Program-made: the position numbers and the translations under genes
Notes under the pieces: model-generated
Told to the model about the DNA's origin: nothing
What the model saw: the letters and a program-made list of their open reading frames with translations, nothing else
The model's database searches: none
Shown: positions 1 through 8,425 of the stretch, piece by piece
Position numbering within the stretch: position 1 is the stretch's first letter
Layout of the letters: each line of letters opens with the position of its first letter
Source: an uncultured Methanosarcinales archaeon
Lineage (GTDB): Archaea > Nanobdellota > Nanobdellia > Woesearchaeales > JAGVZT01
Assembly: GCA_964419615.1 (NCBI GenBank)
Contig: CAYQPU010000005.1
Location: forward strand, 1-58,036
Length of the DNA: 58,036 nt
Direction: 5' to 3'

Positions 1-514
1 CAGATGCAAAAGGTGGCCTTTTTAGAAAACCCTTTATTGGATTTTTATTTGGTAAAAAACCCCAACAACCAGGATCACCAAAATCACCATCAAAAAGGTA
101 CTTTACAAAATAAACATTTAGACTCCTTACAACTGAAAGGGCTCTATGTGGCAGAAAGTCCCAACCATAAAAAGTACCAACTTCCTTTTCTGTGGCAACA
201 CAAAAATAAGGTCCAGTTGGGTTTTTTGGTTTGTTTATAATTCTAACATGAATCTTCCCATTCACATCTCTATCAAGAGCTTTTAGTCTTAAAGCATTAG
301 AGTATTCACCTGACTGGATTTTATGATCTCTACTATGAACAAATAAGCCGTGATAAGGTGTTGCATTTAGATCTTCTTTTGTAAATATTCTCAGTTTGGG
401 ATTAGCATTGTTATCTGAACGGGAAATCCAACTAGAAACACCACAAATTTCTGCTTCATAAACTATCCCTTTAATTAGCCCTTCAAGTCCAGAATCTTCA
501 TCACATAAAAACAT
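1..514 (-). CDS. Hypothetical protein, 3'-truncated by the window edge (MFLCDEDSGLEGLIKGIVYEAEICG...), absent from the ORF track
   Basis: Manual translation gives an open minus-strand frame of about 171 codons from ATG 514 to the left edge; the + ORF 4..240 is its shadow. Confidence 0.7.
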   Translation of the reverse strand, partial: MFLCDEDSGLEGLIKGIVYEAEICGVSSWISRSDNNANPKLRIFTKEDLNATPYHGLFVHSRDHKIQSGEYSNALRLKALDRDVNGKIHVRIINKPKNPTGPYFCVATEKEVGTFYGWDFLPHRALSVVRSLNVYFVKYLFDGDFGDPGCWGFLPNKNPIKGFLKRPPFAS

Positions 515-579
515 CGTAAATTAATACTATTTTATAGTAAAGAAATGGATCAGAATATAAAAATATATTGAAGTTTAAA

Positions 580-1488
580 CTAATTATTTAATGATTTAAA
601 ATTTTCCAAATGAGGTAATCTATTCATCAAGATAGCACTTATAACGATAATAATCCCACCTAATACCTCTCTTAGTACTGGAATTTCATTATATAGCAAC
701 AATCCAAATAAAAGGCCAAAAACTGATTCCAAAACTAGAATGTTGTTAGCAATTATTGCTTGCACTTTTTCAAATCCATAACTTCCAAAGTAATTAATCA
801 AAATAAATGTAAGACCTGCTAAAAATATAATTATTAACAAAAAAGGATTTACTGTTAAGAATTCATTTATTCCATCCCCAAATAATTGAGATAAGATTAC
901 AGCATAGCAGAAAGTAAAAAATGCTCCAAATACTGCAATTTCCTCATTTTTTATGTTTTTGGAAAACCACTTTCTAGATATGAATGTGAGTGAATAGAAA
1001 AATGTTGAAATCAATGCTAAAATTTCTCCCAGTCCAAAACTTAATCCATCAGAGAATCCTTCAAACGAAATCAATATAACTCCAAAAAATCCCACGAACA
1101 ATAATCCAGCTTTTTTGAAGGTCAGTCTTTCTCTTAAGAAAACTATACCAAGAAATGCAGTCATTGGCAGGGAAAATATAAAATGCACATTAGCAAATTT
1201 TGTTTTCATAATTGAAACTGTAAATAGACCGATTCCAATTACTAAACTTAGTGATCTAAATAGTAAAAGTAACAGATCTTTTCTTGATTTTTTAAATAAA
1301 TTCAGAATTCTGACTCGTTTATGATAAACTAAGATTCCAATAATAAAACCAATAAGTGCTCTGGCAGCAACCTGTTGAAATGTCATGAAGTGCTCGCCTA
1401 AAAACCTCACCCAAATTCCCATTATACTATTTAAAAAAGTCATAAGAACGAGAGCAGTAATTCCTTTTTGACTTTTCTTAATATTCAT
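580..1488 (-). CDS. DMT/EamA family transporter
   Basis: About 10 TM helices in two repeated halves. Start moved to MNIKK (1488) because the track start at 1530 overlaps the tRNA 3' end. Confidence 0.85.
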   Translation of the reverse strand: MNIKKSQKGITALVLMTFLNSIMGIWVRFLGEHFMTFQQVAARALIGFIIGILVYHKRVRILNLFKKSRKDLLLLLFRSLSLVIGIGLFTVSIMKTKFANVHFIFSLPMTAFLGIVFLRERLTFKKAGLLFVGFFGVILISFEGFSDGLSFGLGEILALISTFFYSLTFISRKWFSKNIKNEEIAVFGAFFTFCYAVILSQLFGDGINEFLTVNPFLLIIIFLAGLTFILINYFGSYGFEKVQAIIANNILVLESVFGLLFGLLLYNEIPVLREVLGGIIIVISAILMNRLPHLENFKSLNN

Positions 1489-1503
1489 TTTAAATATAAA
1501 AAA

Positions 1504-1800
1504 TGAGGGGATAGGGACTTTCATAAACATTTAATTAATCGAACCAAAGCTTCCACAATGCATTTGATTGTGTCGTGGTTAATTTGTATTGATTATTCAC
1601 CACGTCAAGGGACTGCAAGTCCCTTATGTTTTGGTCAAACTTTTATTAAAAGTTTGATTTGAACCCTAGTAGGCACTAAGCCAATGGATATCTAACAATC
1701 ATCGGACCTTTAACGTCCTCATCACTCAAATTGTCTTGAGTCCATCCCGTCTAGCCTAAAACCATATAATGATTTTTTTTGGCCACTCCGGCATCCCCTC
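1504..1800 (-). tRNA. tRNA-Leu(CAA) with three introns: D-loop 21/22 (1751-1778), anticodon 37/38 (1690-1734), T-loop 59/60 (1518-1657)
   Basis: Spliced sequence GAGGGGATGCCGGAGTGGCCAA|ACGGGATGGACTCAAG|ATCCATTGGCTTAGTGCCTACTAGGGTTCAAA|TCCCTATCCCCTCA folds as a class II cloverleaf; each junction has a BHB-type motif. Confidence 0.92.
1518..1657 (-). ncRNA. 140-nt structured T-loop intron, homologous to the intron at 56969-57079
   Basis: Three hairpins plus conserved linkers (CAAAACAT, GA, ACACRATCRA) shared with the tRNA-Trp intron, with compensatory changes. Confidence 0.85.
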
Positions 1801-1840
1801 TATTGGGTAAGATAAAAAGAATAATAGAAGTTATATAAAT

Positions 1841-2182
1841 TTAACCATGTTTTAAGCCAGAAAGCTTTGTTTCAATATGATCAAGCTCTTTTTCAAGATG
1901 TCTTAAGTCAGAAGCAGGCTTAACAGTTGTTCTAATCTTTTTAGGTGTCTTGGAGGAGATATTTATTTTAGGGAAGATTACTTTTAGTTTGGAGCTTAAT
2001 TCTCTAATATCACTAAATAAACTATGCATTTCTTTGATCTTTTCACGCTTTTCTGCTCTTAAATCTTCCACTCTTTCATACCTTTGAAGCATGTGAATTA
2101 CTTCTCTTGTTGATTCTAGTAGATCTCTTCTGAGTCTAACTGGATCACTAATTCCAACATGGTAGTCGTTTGATCTGTTCAT
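1841..2182 (-). CDS. Hypothetical coiled-coil protein (third gene of a cassette)
   Basis: Short N-terminal strand (YHVGI) followed by heptad helices; adjacent to two related ORFs. Confidence 0.8.
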   Translation of the reverse strand: MNRSNDYHVGISDPVRLRRDLLESTREVIHMLQRYERVEDLRAEKREKIKEMHSLFSDIRELSSKLKVIFPKINISSKTPKKIRTTVKPASDLRHLEKELDHIETKLSGLKHG

Positions 2183-2183
2183 T

Positions 2184-2426
2184 TTATATGTTTGGTTCTA
2201 GTAGTGTTTTGTTCATTAAAATGAGTTTATTTTCAATGTCTTCTAATTCAGTTTGCCACATTTCTAGTTCATTGTCTTCCTCATTTTTCAGTTGATTAAT
2301 CTTAGTAATTACTCCTTTTGCTTTTTCAAGCTTGTCGTTTATTAGTTTTAGTACTTCTAGCACATCTTTATACTCATCAATTTTCACAAATACAGGCATT
2401 CCTTCTTGCATTTTATCACCTTTCAA
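2184..2426 (-). CDS. Hypothetical 80-aa coiled-coil protein (PVFVKIDEYKDVL motif)
   Basis: Aligns by eye, without gaps, to the C-terminus of the 208-aa neighbour. Confidence 0.8.
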   Translation of the reverse strand: MKGDKMQEGMPVFVKIDEYKDVLEVLKLINDKLEKAKGVITKINQLKNEEDNELEMWQTELEDIENKLILMNKTLLEPNI

Positions 2427-3042
2427 ATAATACCTCGTCTATAAACAATAATTTTTTTCTCATGTTTTCAAAAATACTACTCCAATTTTTGTATTCCAAA
2501 TCTTGTTTTTGTCGAACTGCTTGGATTTTGTTTGTTGTGCCATCAAGGGCTGTTAATCTGTTACTCATCACGTTTATATCTTCTTGGATTTGTTTGTAGT
2601 GATCCATGTTAACATAAAATGGTTTTCCATCTTGAATTTGAACTCTAGTAAGTGTATGCTTAACTTCAGATATTTCCTTTTTGTGATGCGGAATTTCTAT
2701 ATGTTCAATGGGTTTTGTAGGGGTTGGTTTTTGTAATTGAAGTGGCTCTTCTATTTCAAAAGGTTCTAAGTCAGGAAACTGTTGTTTAACTTTACTTAGA
2801 TCAGCAGTATTTAATTCTACATTTGGTTTTGGTAGTGTTGTATCTTCATTAAATATTGGTGGTGCAACTTTGTTTTCCTGGGGTACTTCAAATGAAGGTA
2901 GTGCTTCAGTAGATACTTTTTGAGGCGGTGGAGGTGGTGGAGGTATATTTAGCTCTTTTTTATTACTCAGTGGTTTAATTTTAGAATTATCTTTTTTTCC
3001 AAAAATTCCCAGACCCATGATACACCTCTTTAATAAATACAA
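2416..3042 (-). CDS. Pro-rich disordered protein with a C-terminal coiled-coil domain
   Basis: Poly-Pro N-terminal region; C-terminal PFYVNMDHYKQI...W...LFE domain; start probably MGLGIFG. Confidence 0.8.
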   Translation of the reverse strand: MYLLKRCIMGLGIFGKKDNSKIKPLSNKKELNIPPPPPPPQKVSTEALPSFEVPQENKVAPPIFNEDTTLPKPNVELNTADLSKVKQQFPDLEPFEIEEPLQLQKPTPTKPIEHIEIPHHKKEISEVKHTLTRVQIQDGKPFYVNMDHYKQIQEDINVMSNRLTALDGTTNKIQAVRQKQDLEYKNWSSIFENMRKKLLFIDEVLFER

Positions 3043-3136
3043 AACAACAAGGTTATATATTAAAACTTTTAGTACTATTTAGAAATGATGAACATCCTGA
3101 GAAAGATTTTAATAATATATCACAATAAAACAATAT

Positions 3137-4132
3137 ATGCAAGAAGCTTTATATTATAAAAAATTAAACAATAACCTTCAATGCATTTTATGCCCTCATT
3201 TCTGTGTTATTGAACCTGGCCAGTATGGAAAATGTGGTGTTAGAATAAATATTGATCAAAAGTTAATAACCTTAAACTATTCAAAGCTAATTGGATTACA
3301 TGTTGATCCAATTGAAAAAAAACCTTTGTTTCATTTCCTACCTGGAAGCCAAGTAATGTCTTTTGGTACTGCTGGTTGTAATATGAGTTGTTTGCATTGT
3401 CAAAATTGGCATATGTCCCAGAAAAAAGTTTCAGATGACTCTCAAAGGATTTCTCCTGAGGAAATTGTTAAACTAACATTAAAACATGGTTGCAAGGTTA
3501 TTGCCTATACTTACAACGAACCAACAATATTTTTCGAGTTTATGCTTGATTGTGCTAAACTTGCAAGAAAAAATGGAATAAAGAATATTATGGTTTCAAA
3601 TGGATTTATTAATCCAGAACCATTAAAGGAACTTTGTCAGTTTATTGATGGTGTAAATATTGATCTTAAGGCTTTTAATGATAATTTCTACAAAAATATT
3701 TGTGACGCTAGATTGGAACCTGTAAAGAACAGTTTAAGGACTTTAAAAGAAAATGGTGTGTGGTTCGAGATTACCAACTTAATTATTCCAACAAAAAATG
3801 ATGATATGGTTGAAATTGAGCAGATGTGTAAGTGGATTAAAGGTGAATTAGGCCAAGGAGTCCCAATTCACTTTTCTAGGTTCAGACCAAATTACAAGCT
3901 GAATAGTATTCAACAAACACCTAAGAAAACACTAGAAAGTGCAAAAGAAATTGCTGAAAAGTATCTGGATTATGTTTATGTGGGCAATATTTGGATTGAG
4001 AATGCTGAGAATACATATTGTCCTAAGTGTAAAGCACTTGTTGTAAAAAGAGATGGATATAATGTTGTCATGAATGAAATTACAAACAGCAAATGTGAAT
4101 GCGGGCAAAAGATTGATGGAGTTTGGACTTAG
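3137..4132 (+). CDS. AmmeMemoRadiSam-type (PFL-activase-like) radical SAM enzyme
   Basis: N-terminal CxLCPHxC, VDPIEKKPLFHF, CxxxCxxC (CNMSCLHC), YTYNEPT, C-terminal Cys cluster. Confidence 0.88.
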   Translation: MQEALYYKKLNNNLQCILCPHFCVIEPGQYGKCGVRINIDQKLITLNYSKLIGLHVDPIEKKPLFHFLPGSQVMSFGTAGCNMSCLHCQNWHMSQKKVSDDSQRISPEEIVKLTLKHGCKVIAYTYNEPTIFFEFMLDCAKLARKNGIKNIMVSNGFINPEPLKELCQFIDGVNIDLKAFNDNFYKNICDARLEPVKNSLRTLKENGVWFEITNLIIPTKNDDMVEIEQMCKWIKGELGQGVPIHFSRFRPNYKLNSIQQTPKKTLESAKEIAEKYLDYVYVGNIWIENAENTYCPKCKALVVKRDGYNVVMNEITNSKCECGQKIDGVWT

Positions 4133-4208
4133 ATTTTTTTGCCTTTCGAAAGATTTCCGGAATATAATATAATAATCTTTTATGATTTGAGTTTGTTATT
4201 ATTTTTTT

Positions 4209-5285
4209 ATGAGATACGTGTGTTTCATTTTATTAGGATTGTTGATTGCATCTTCAGTTAATGCTTGCTATATAATAAGTGAAAAACAGATTTTCTTTGG
4301 AGAGAAAATAAAATTCAAAATTAAGACAAAAGATCCTGTTGAGTATTGGATAGAAGATTTTGAAGGAAATACTGTTAAAAATAAAAAGAATACTTCAAAT
4401 TCTAATTGGAAATCCTATACTGCAAAAGCCAAAACAACAAAAGTATATAAAATTAAAACAAATTGGTGCAATTCATCTGAAGCTTTAGTTGTATTCATCC
4501 CAAACTCCACAGAGGAAGTAGAGGTAGAAGACGGATTTGAGTATCAATTAAGATATGTACCTTCCATTGTTTACACAGGTCAAGAATTTCCTATAATTAT
4601 TGATTTTATTAATAACTACAACAAGTCAATTAATATTAGTGTTTGGAGTTATGTTTATAGGGGAAGTAAGCGTTATTCTGGTGAGAGAAAAGAAAATCAA
4701 CGTAATCTTACATTAAATAAACACAGTCAAATGCTTGTAGAATTAGAAAATCTAGTTACTGCCGTGGATGGGGATTATAGTTTAAGAATTAGTATTGAAA
4801 GGGATAATAAGAAAAAAAATATTAAAAAACAAATAGTGGTTATGTCAAAACCCGCAATTGATGTATCTTCATTAAAGTATGATTCTTCAAAAGGCACAGT
4901 CGAAATTGAAATTGAAAACAACAATTACAATAATTTAACTCTTGTACTTGAAACATCATCTGAATATTTTAAAGAAGTTTTGTTTCTAAACCAAGGAGAA
5001 AATTTTGTGACAAAGAAAATTAAGTTATTGAGTGGTAAGAATCATATTTATGTAAAATTGCTCAAAGAAGATAAAATAGTTACAATTAAAGAATTGATTG
5101 TAAGCAAGAAACATACTGATAAGCCTTTTAATTTAGTTCAAGGAAGTGTTATGTTAAACAGTTCTAGAACAGTGTTCAAAGATCCAAATCAAAAACTTAA
5201 AGGCTTAATTCCCTGGATTATTCTGTTTCTAACTTTGCTGATAAATCTTAATAATTTCCGAAAACTTTTCGGAAAATCAACCTAA
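4209..5285 (+). CDS. Secreted/surface hypothetical protein, beta-rich, with a C-terminal membrane anchor
   Basis: Signal-peptide-like N-terminus; hydrophobic C-terminal helix followed by basic residues. Confidence 0.75.
   Translation: MRYVCFILLGLLIASSVNACYIISEKQIFFGEKIKFKIKTKDPVEYWIEDFEGNTVKNKKNTSNSNWKSYTAKAKTTKVYKIKTNWCNSSEALVVFIPNSTEEVEVEDGFEYQLRYVPSIVYTGQEFPIIIDFINNYNKSINISVWSYVYRGSKRYSGERKENQRNLTLNKHSQMLVELENLVTAVDGDYSLRISIERDNKKKNIKKQIVVMSKPAIDVSSLKYDSSKGTVEIEIENNNYNNLTLVLETSSEYFKEVLFLNQGENFVTKKIKLLSGKNHIYVKLLKEDKIVTIKELIVSKKHTDKPFNLVQGSVMLNSSRTVFKDPNQKLKGLIPWIILFLTLLINLNNFRKLFGKST
5255..5275. repeat. Perfect 21-nt palindrome TTTCCGAAAA-C-TTTTCGGAAA
   Basis: Seen directly at the 3' end of CDS 4209..5285. 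Confidence 0.7.
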
Positions 5286-5321
5286 AAACATAAATATCCA
5301 AATCAATTCCCACTTTCTGAG

Positions 5322-5531
5322 ATGTCCACAATAGATGACTGGATATATACTGCAGTAGTTAGACTTCGTTCCGATGATCCAGGAGTTTTTATGAAAGGGG
5401 TTTATGGTCTTGAAAGAGCAGAAAGATGGATAGATGAGAACAAAACAGAAGAACAAAATTATTCAAGCCAACAAGGTAGTATCCAAATAGCTTATGGCAT
5501 TTTTAGAAGAAGAAAAGAGGATATCCTATAA
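5322..5531 (+). CDS. Small hypothetical protein
   Basis: 69-aa ORF filling the intergenic space, downstream of an AT-rich TATA-like element. Confidence 0.55.
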   Translation: MSTIDDWIYTAVVRLRSDDPGVFMKGVYGLERAERWIDENKTEEQNYSSQQGSIQIAYGIFRRRKEDIL

Positions 5532-5642
5532 AGGAAATTTAAAGAGTATAACCAAAGAACAGAGTGAAAAGGATTGTTTGCTTAAAAAGATCCTATCTTA
5601 AAAGTGTAACAAATAAAAAGTATTGGGGGTTCCCTATTTAAA

Positions 5643-6638
5643 ATGGATTGTAATAATGAATATCATCTGGTACAAGAAATGTTGGAAACAGCATTAGTTG
5701 TTCGCGATATGGATGTTGAAGCAATAATAGATTTTTCTACCATAGTTACAAAAGGAAAGGCAATATTGACTGGTGAAGGCTCTTCAAGAAAATTTCCAGC
5801 AAGAAAGGTAATCTATGATGCAAGGCACCATGGGTACGAAAGTGTTATTTTAACTGAAGGTGCAAACCAAGCAAGAGAATATAACTTAACTTCTTGGGAT
5901 GTTTTTGTTGCTTCAAACAGTGGTCAGACAAGTGAGTGTGTATGGTTGATTAATGATCTTGCAGAACAAGAGATTGATTCATTTGGTTTAACTGCCACTC
6001 CTGACTCATTAGTTGCAAATGACACTCATGCTTCATATGTATTATCCTGTGGTCCTGAAAAGGCTTGTGCAGCAACAAAAAGTGTTGTTGAACAAGCTTT
6101 GTTTTATGATATAATGTTTAGAATTCTTAACAAGCAAGAACTTCCTAATCTTAAAAGACTAGGGGATTTGATAGAAGAAGTAGCCACAACTCCACTTAGT
6201 GAAGAATTATTAGAGGCAGTTATAAACGCACCTATGATATATTGGACTGGAAGAAATAATGGTGTTGCAGACGAGTTAGCACTTAAAACAACTGAGATTA
6301 CTCGAAGAAAATCATGCTTTTATGAAGGCACAGATGTGGTTCATGGTGTAGAAGAGATTATGGATGACAATGAAGTTGTGGTAGCAATTAATCCATTTGT
6401 AAATGAATTGCAAAAATTCAAAGAGGTCCTTATAGATGGAGTTGGAATGAACGTTGTAACAATCTCTCCCGGTGACACTATTTTTAAAACACACAGTATT
6501 CCAAGCTATGGAGAATTTACTCCTTATTTAGAGTTGGTTGCTGGATGGAACCTCCTTGTTGAGGTTGGATTAACTAATGGTGTTGATATTGACAATCCAA
6601 AAAGGGCAAGAAAAATTGGGAATGAATATATTGAATAG
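5643..6638 (+). CDS. Double-SIS-domain sugar-phosphate isomerase/deaminase (GlmS C-terminal-like, no glutaminase domain)
   Basis: GEGSS, SNSGQT, ATKS motifs; C-terminal DNPKRARK resembles the GlmS DxPxxLAK tail. Confidence 0.8.
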   Translation: MDCNNEYHLVQEMLETALVVRDMDVEAIIDFSTIVTKGKAILTGEGSSRKFPARKVIYDARHHGYESVILTEGANQAREYNLTSWDVFVASNSGQTSECVWLINDLAEQEIDSFGLTATPDSLVANDTHASYVLSCGPEKACAATKSVVEQALFYDIMFRILNKQELPNLKRLGDLIEEVATTPLSEELLEAVINAPMIYWTGRNNGVADELALKTTEITRRKSCFYEGTDVVHGVEEIMDDNEVVVAINPFVNELQKFKEVLIDGVGMNVVTISPGDTIFKTHSIPSYGEFTPYLELVAGWNLLVEVGLTNGVDIDNPKRARKIGNEYIE

Positions 6639-6652
6639 AATAAAAACATGTT

Positions 6653-7795
6653 TTACTTTTTAATAATAATTATTTTTAATTCTTCTTCTCCTTGCCAGAT
6701 TGATCTTGAATGCATAATTTTAAACCCATGTTTTTCAGCATTTGTCTGAATAGTTTCAATTTTATTTGAGATTAAGGCAACAACACCGTTTGGTTTTAGA
6801 ATGTAATTCGCCTGATAAAACAGCTCATCATAGAGTTTGTTAACTCTTTCTTGATTGTGTTTAGAAGATCTTGGTGCGTTTGAAGCAATTATATCTATTG
6901 ATTGTTTTTCAAATTTTGTGTCAAGCCACTCCACTTCAAATTTACTGAAGTTTATTAGCTTGTTAACACCTGCAATTTTGCTGTTTGCTTTTGCAGCTTT
7001 TATGTGCCTAAATTGATCAGCTAGGCAGTGAATGTCTGCAATTTCCTTATTTTTTTTATTTGGAGCATCTAGTTTTTTGAAAAAATTCTCTGGTTTTTTA
7101 AGGTTTTTGCTAAAAAGCAATTTACTTTTTTGGTAAAAATTAGGTGATTTTCCTGATGCGTATAGTGCTGCTTCAATAGGAACAATTCCTGAACTTGTGA
7201 ACGGATCAGCAACTGTTTTGTCAGCTGAATAATTTGCTAGTTTAAGAATAACATATGCCAAATTTGGTTTTAAAGATGGAGTGTAGGTTAAGACTTTGTA
7301 GTCTCGTTTGCCAAGATCAAAACCACTGAAATCAACACCAAAGTATGCTTTTTTTTCAACAAGGAACAAGTAAAAGATGACGTCTGGATTTTTCAGATTA
7401 ACTTTTGGTTCATAACCTTTTTCTGATTTTGTTTTTTTACATATTGCTTTACCAATCTCACCAGCAAGGTCACTGCTTTTGTAATTATGCTTTCCTATAC
7501 GTTTACATTTTACTACAAACGTGCTTTCTTTGTTTAGCCATTTATCCAAATTCTTAATGTGTGGTTTGATTTTTTTTACAGTTTGTTCTAGTTTTTCACT
7601 TGCATCAAATTCTGCGATTAGCATTAACACTCTTCTAGCTGTTTGCGATTTATAACTAACTTTACAAAGTTCCTCTATTTTGCATTTGAATTTAACAACA
7701 TAAGGGTCTGTACTAGCTTTTTTGCCTATTAGCTCCTTTATTTCAAGAGCAGCAACATCTTCTATCCCCTTATTTGTTATTAACAATGAATCCAT
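6653..7795 (-). CDS. THUMP-domain RNA methyltransferase (Trm14/RlmL-like)
   Basis: THUMP region (VNLKNPD), GKRDY, SLKPNLA, DPFTSSG and SNAP motifs. Confidence 0.85.
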   Translation of the reverse strand: MDSLLITNKGIEDVAALEIKELIGKKASTDPYVVKFKCKIEELCKVSYKSQTARRVLMLIAEFDASEKLEQTVKKIKPHIKNLDKWLNKESTFVVKCKRIGKHNYKSSDLAGEIGKAICKKTKSEKGYEPKVNLKNPDVIFYLFLVEKKAYFGVDFSGFDLGKRDYKVLTYTPSLKPNLAYVILKLANYSADKTVADPFTSSGIVPIEAALYASGKSPNFYQKSKLLFSKNLKKPENFFKKLDAPNKKNKEIADIHCLADQFRHIKAAKANSKIAGVNKLINFSKFEVEWLDTKFEKQSIDIIASNAPRSSKHNQERVNKLYDELFYQANYILKPNGVVALISNKIETIQTNAEKHGFKIMHSRSIWQGEEELKIIIIKK

Positions 7796-7849
7796 CCATA
7801 TAAGGAATTTAACAAGCTTTATAAATATTGTTTAGTTACTTTAATCAAA

Positions 7850-8425
7850 ATGCTAAACAAAAAAACTATGGAAAAATTAAGAGATTATATGGAGAATTAC
7901 GATTCCAACAGAGAGATAGTTATTAAGAGTTCAAGAGATGTATTAAAGCTTTCAAAGCTGCTGATAAATTCTGTTCACAGAGGAGATCTTAAAACTGCTG
8001 AAGAGTATGTAGAAAAGATTAAAGATAGTTTTGAAAAATTAAATTCAATTGTAAAGAACGATCTGAGGTATTCTGGGTCATTTAAGGTTGCTGCTCAGGA
8101 GTATGTTGAAGCAATTGGCTATTATCATTATGTTGTTGACAAAAAGATTCCAACAAATGAAGAATTAAATGTTAATCCTGAACCATATATTACTGGTCTA
8201 TCTGATCTTACTGGTGAAGTTATTAGAAAAGCTGTTAATGATATTACTGAAGGGAAAAATGATGCTGCTTTTGAGGCAAAGAAATTTGTGCAAGAGGTTT
8301 ATGATGAACTGCTCAAGTTTGATTTCAGAAGTTCATCACTTAGGAAGAGCTTTGATAGGTTAAGATACAATCTGACAAAGATTGAAGAGATCAGCTTAAA
8401 AGTGGTGATAAAAAGTGCAGATTGA
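7850..8425 (+). CDS. Archaeal translin/C3PO family protein
   Basis: REIVIKSSRDV, AQEYVEA, YITGLSDLTGEV motifs. Confidence 0.85.
   Translation: MLNKKTMEKLRDYMENYDSNREIVIKSSRDVLKLSKLLINSVHRGDLKTAEEYVEKIKDSFEKLNSIVKNDLRYSGSFKVAAQEYVEAIGYYHYVVDKKIPTNEELNVNPEPYITGLSDLTGEVIRKAVNDITEGKNDAAFEAKKFVQEVYDELLKFDFRSSSLRKSFDRLRYNLTKIEEISLKVVIKSAD

Noticed and set aside
4-240. 78-aa plus-strand ORF in the track
   Set aside because: Shadow of a longer open minus-strand frame (514 to the window edge); no protein-like features.
1518-1657. Group I intron or hammerhead identity for the long T-loop introns
   Set aside because: I could not find P7/P4 core or CUGAUGA/GAAA motifs, the introns are short for group I, and the junctions fit protein-spliced BHB motifs. 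A formal Rfam search is still needed.
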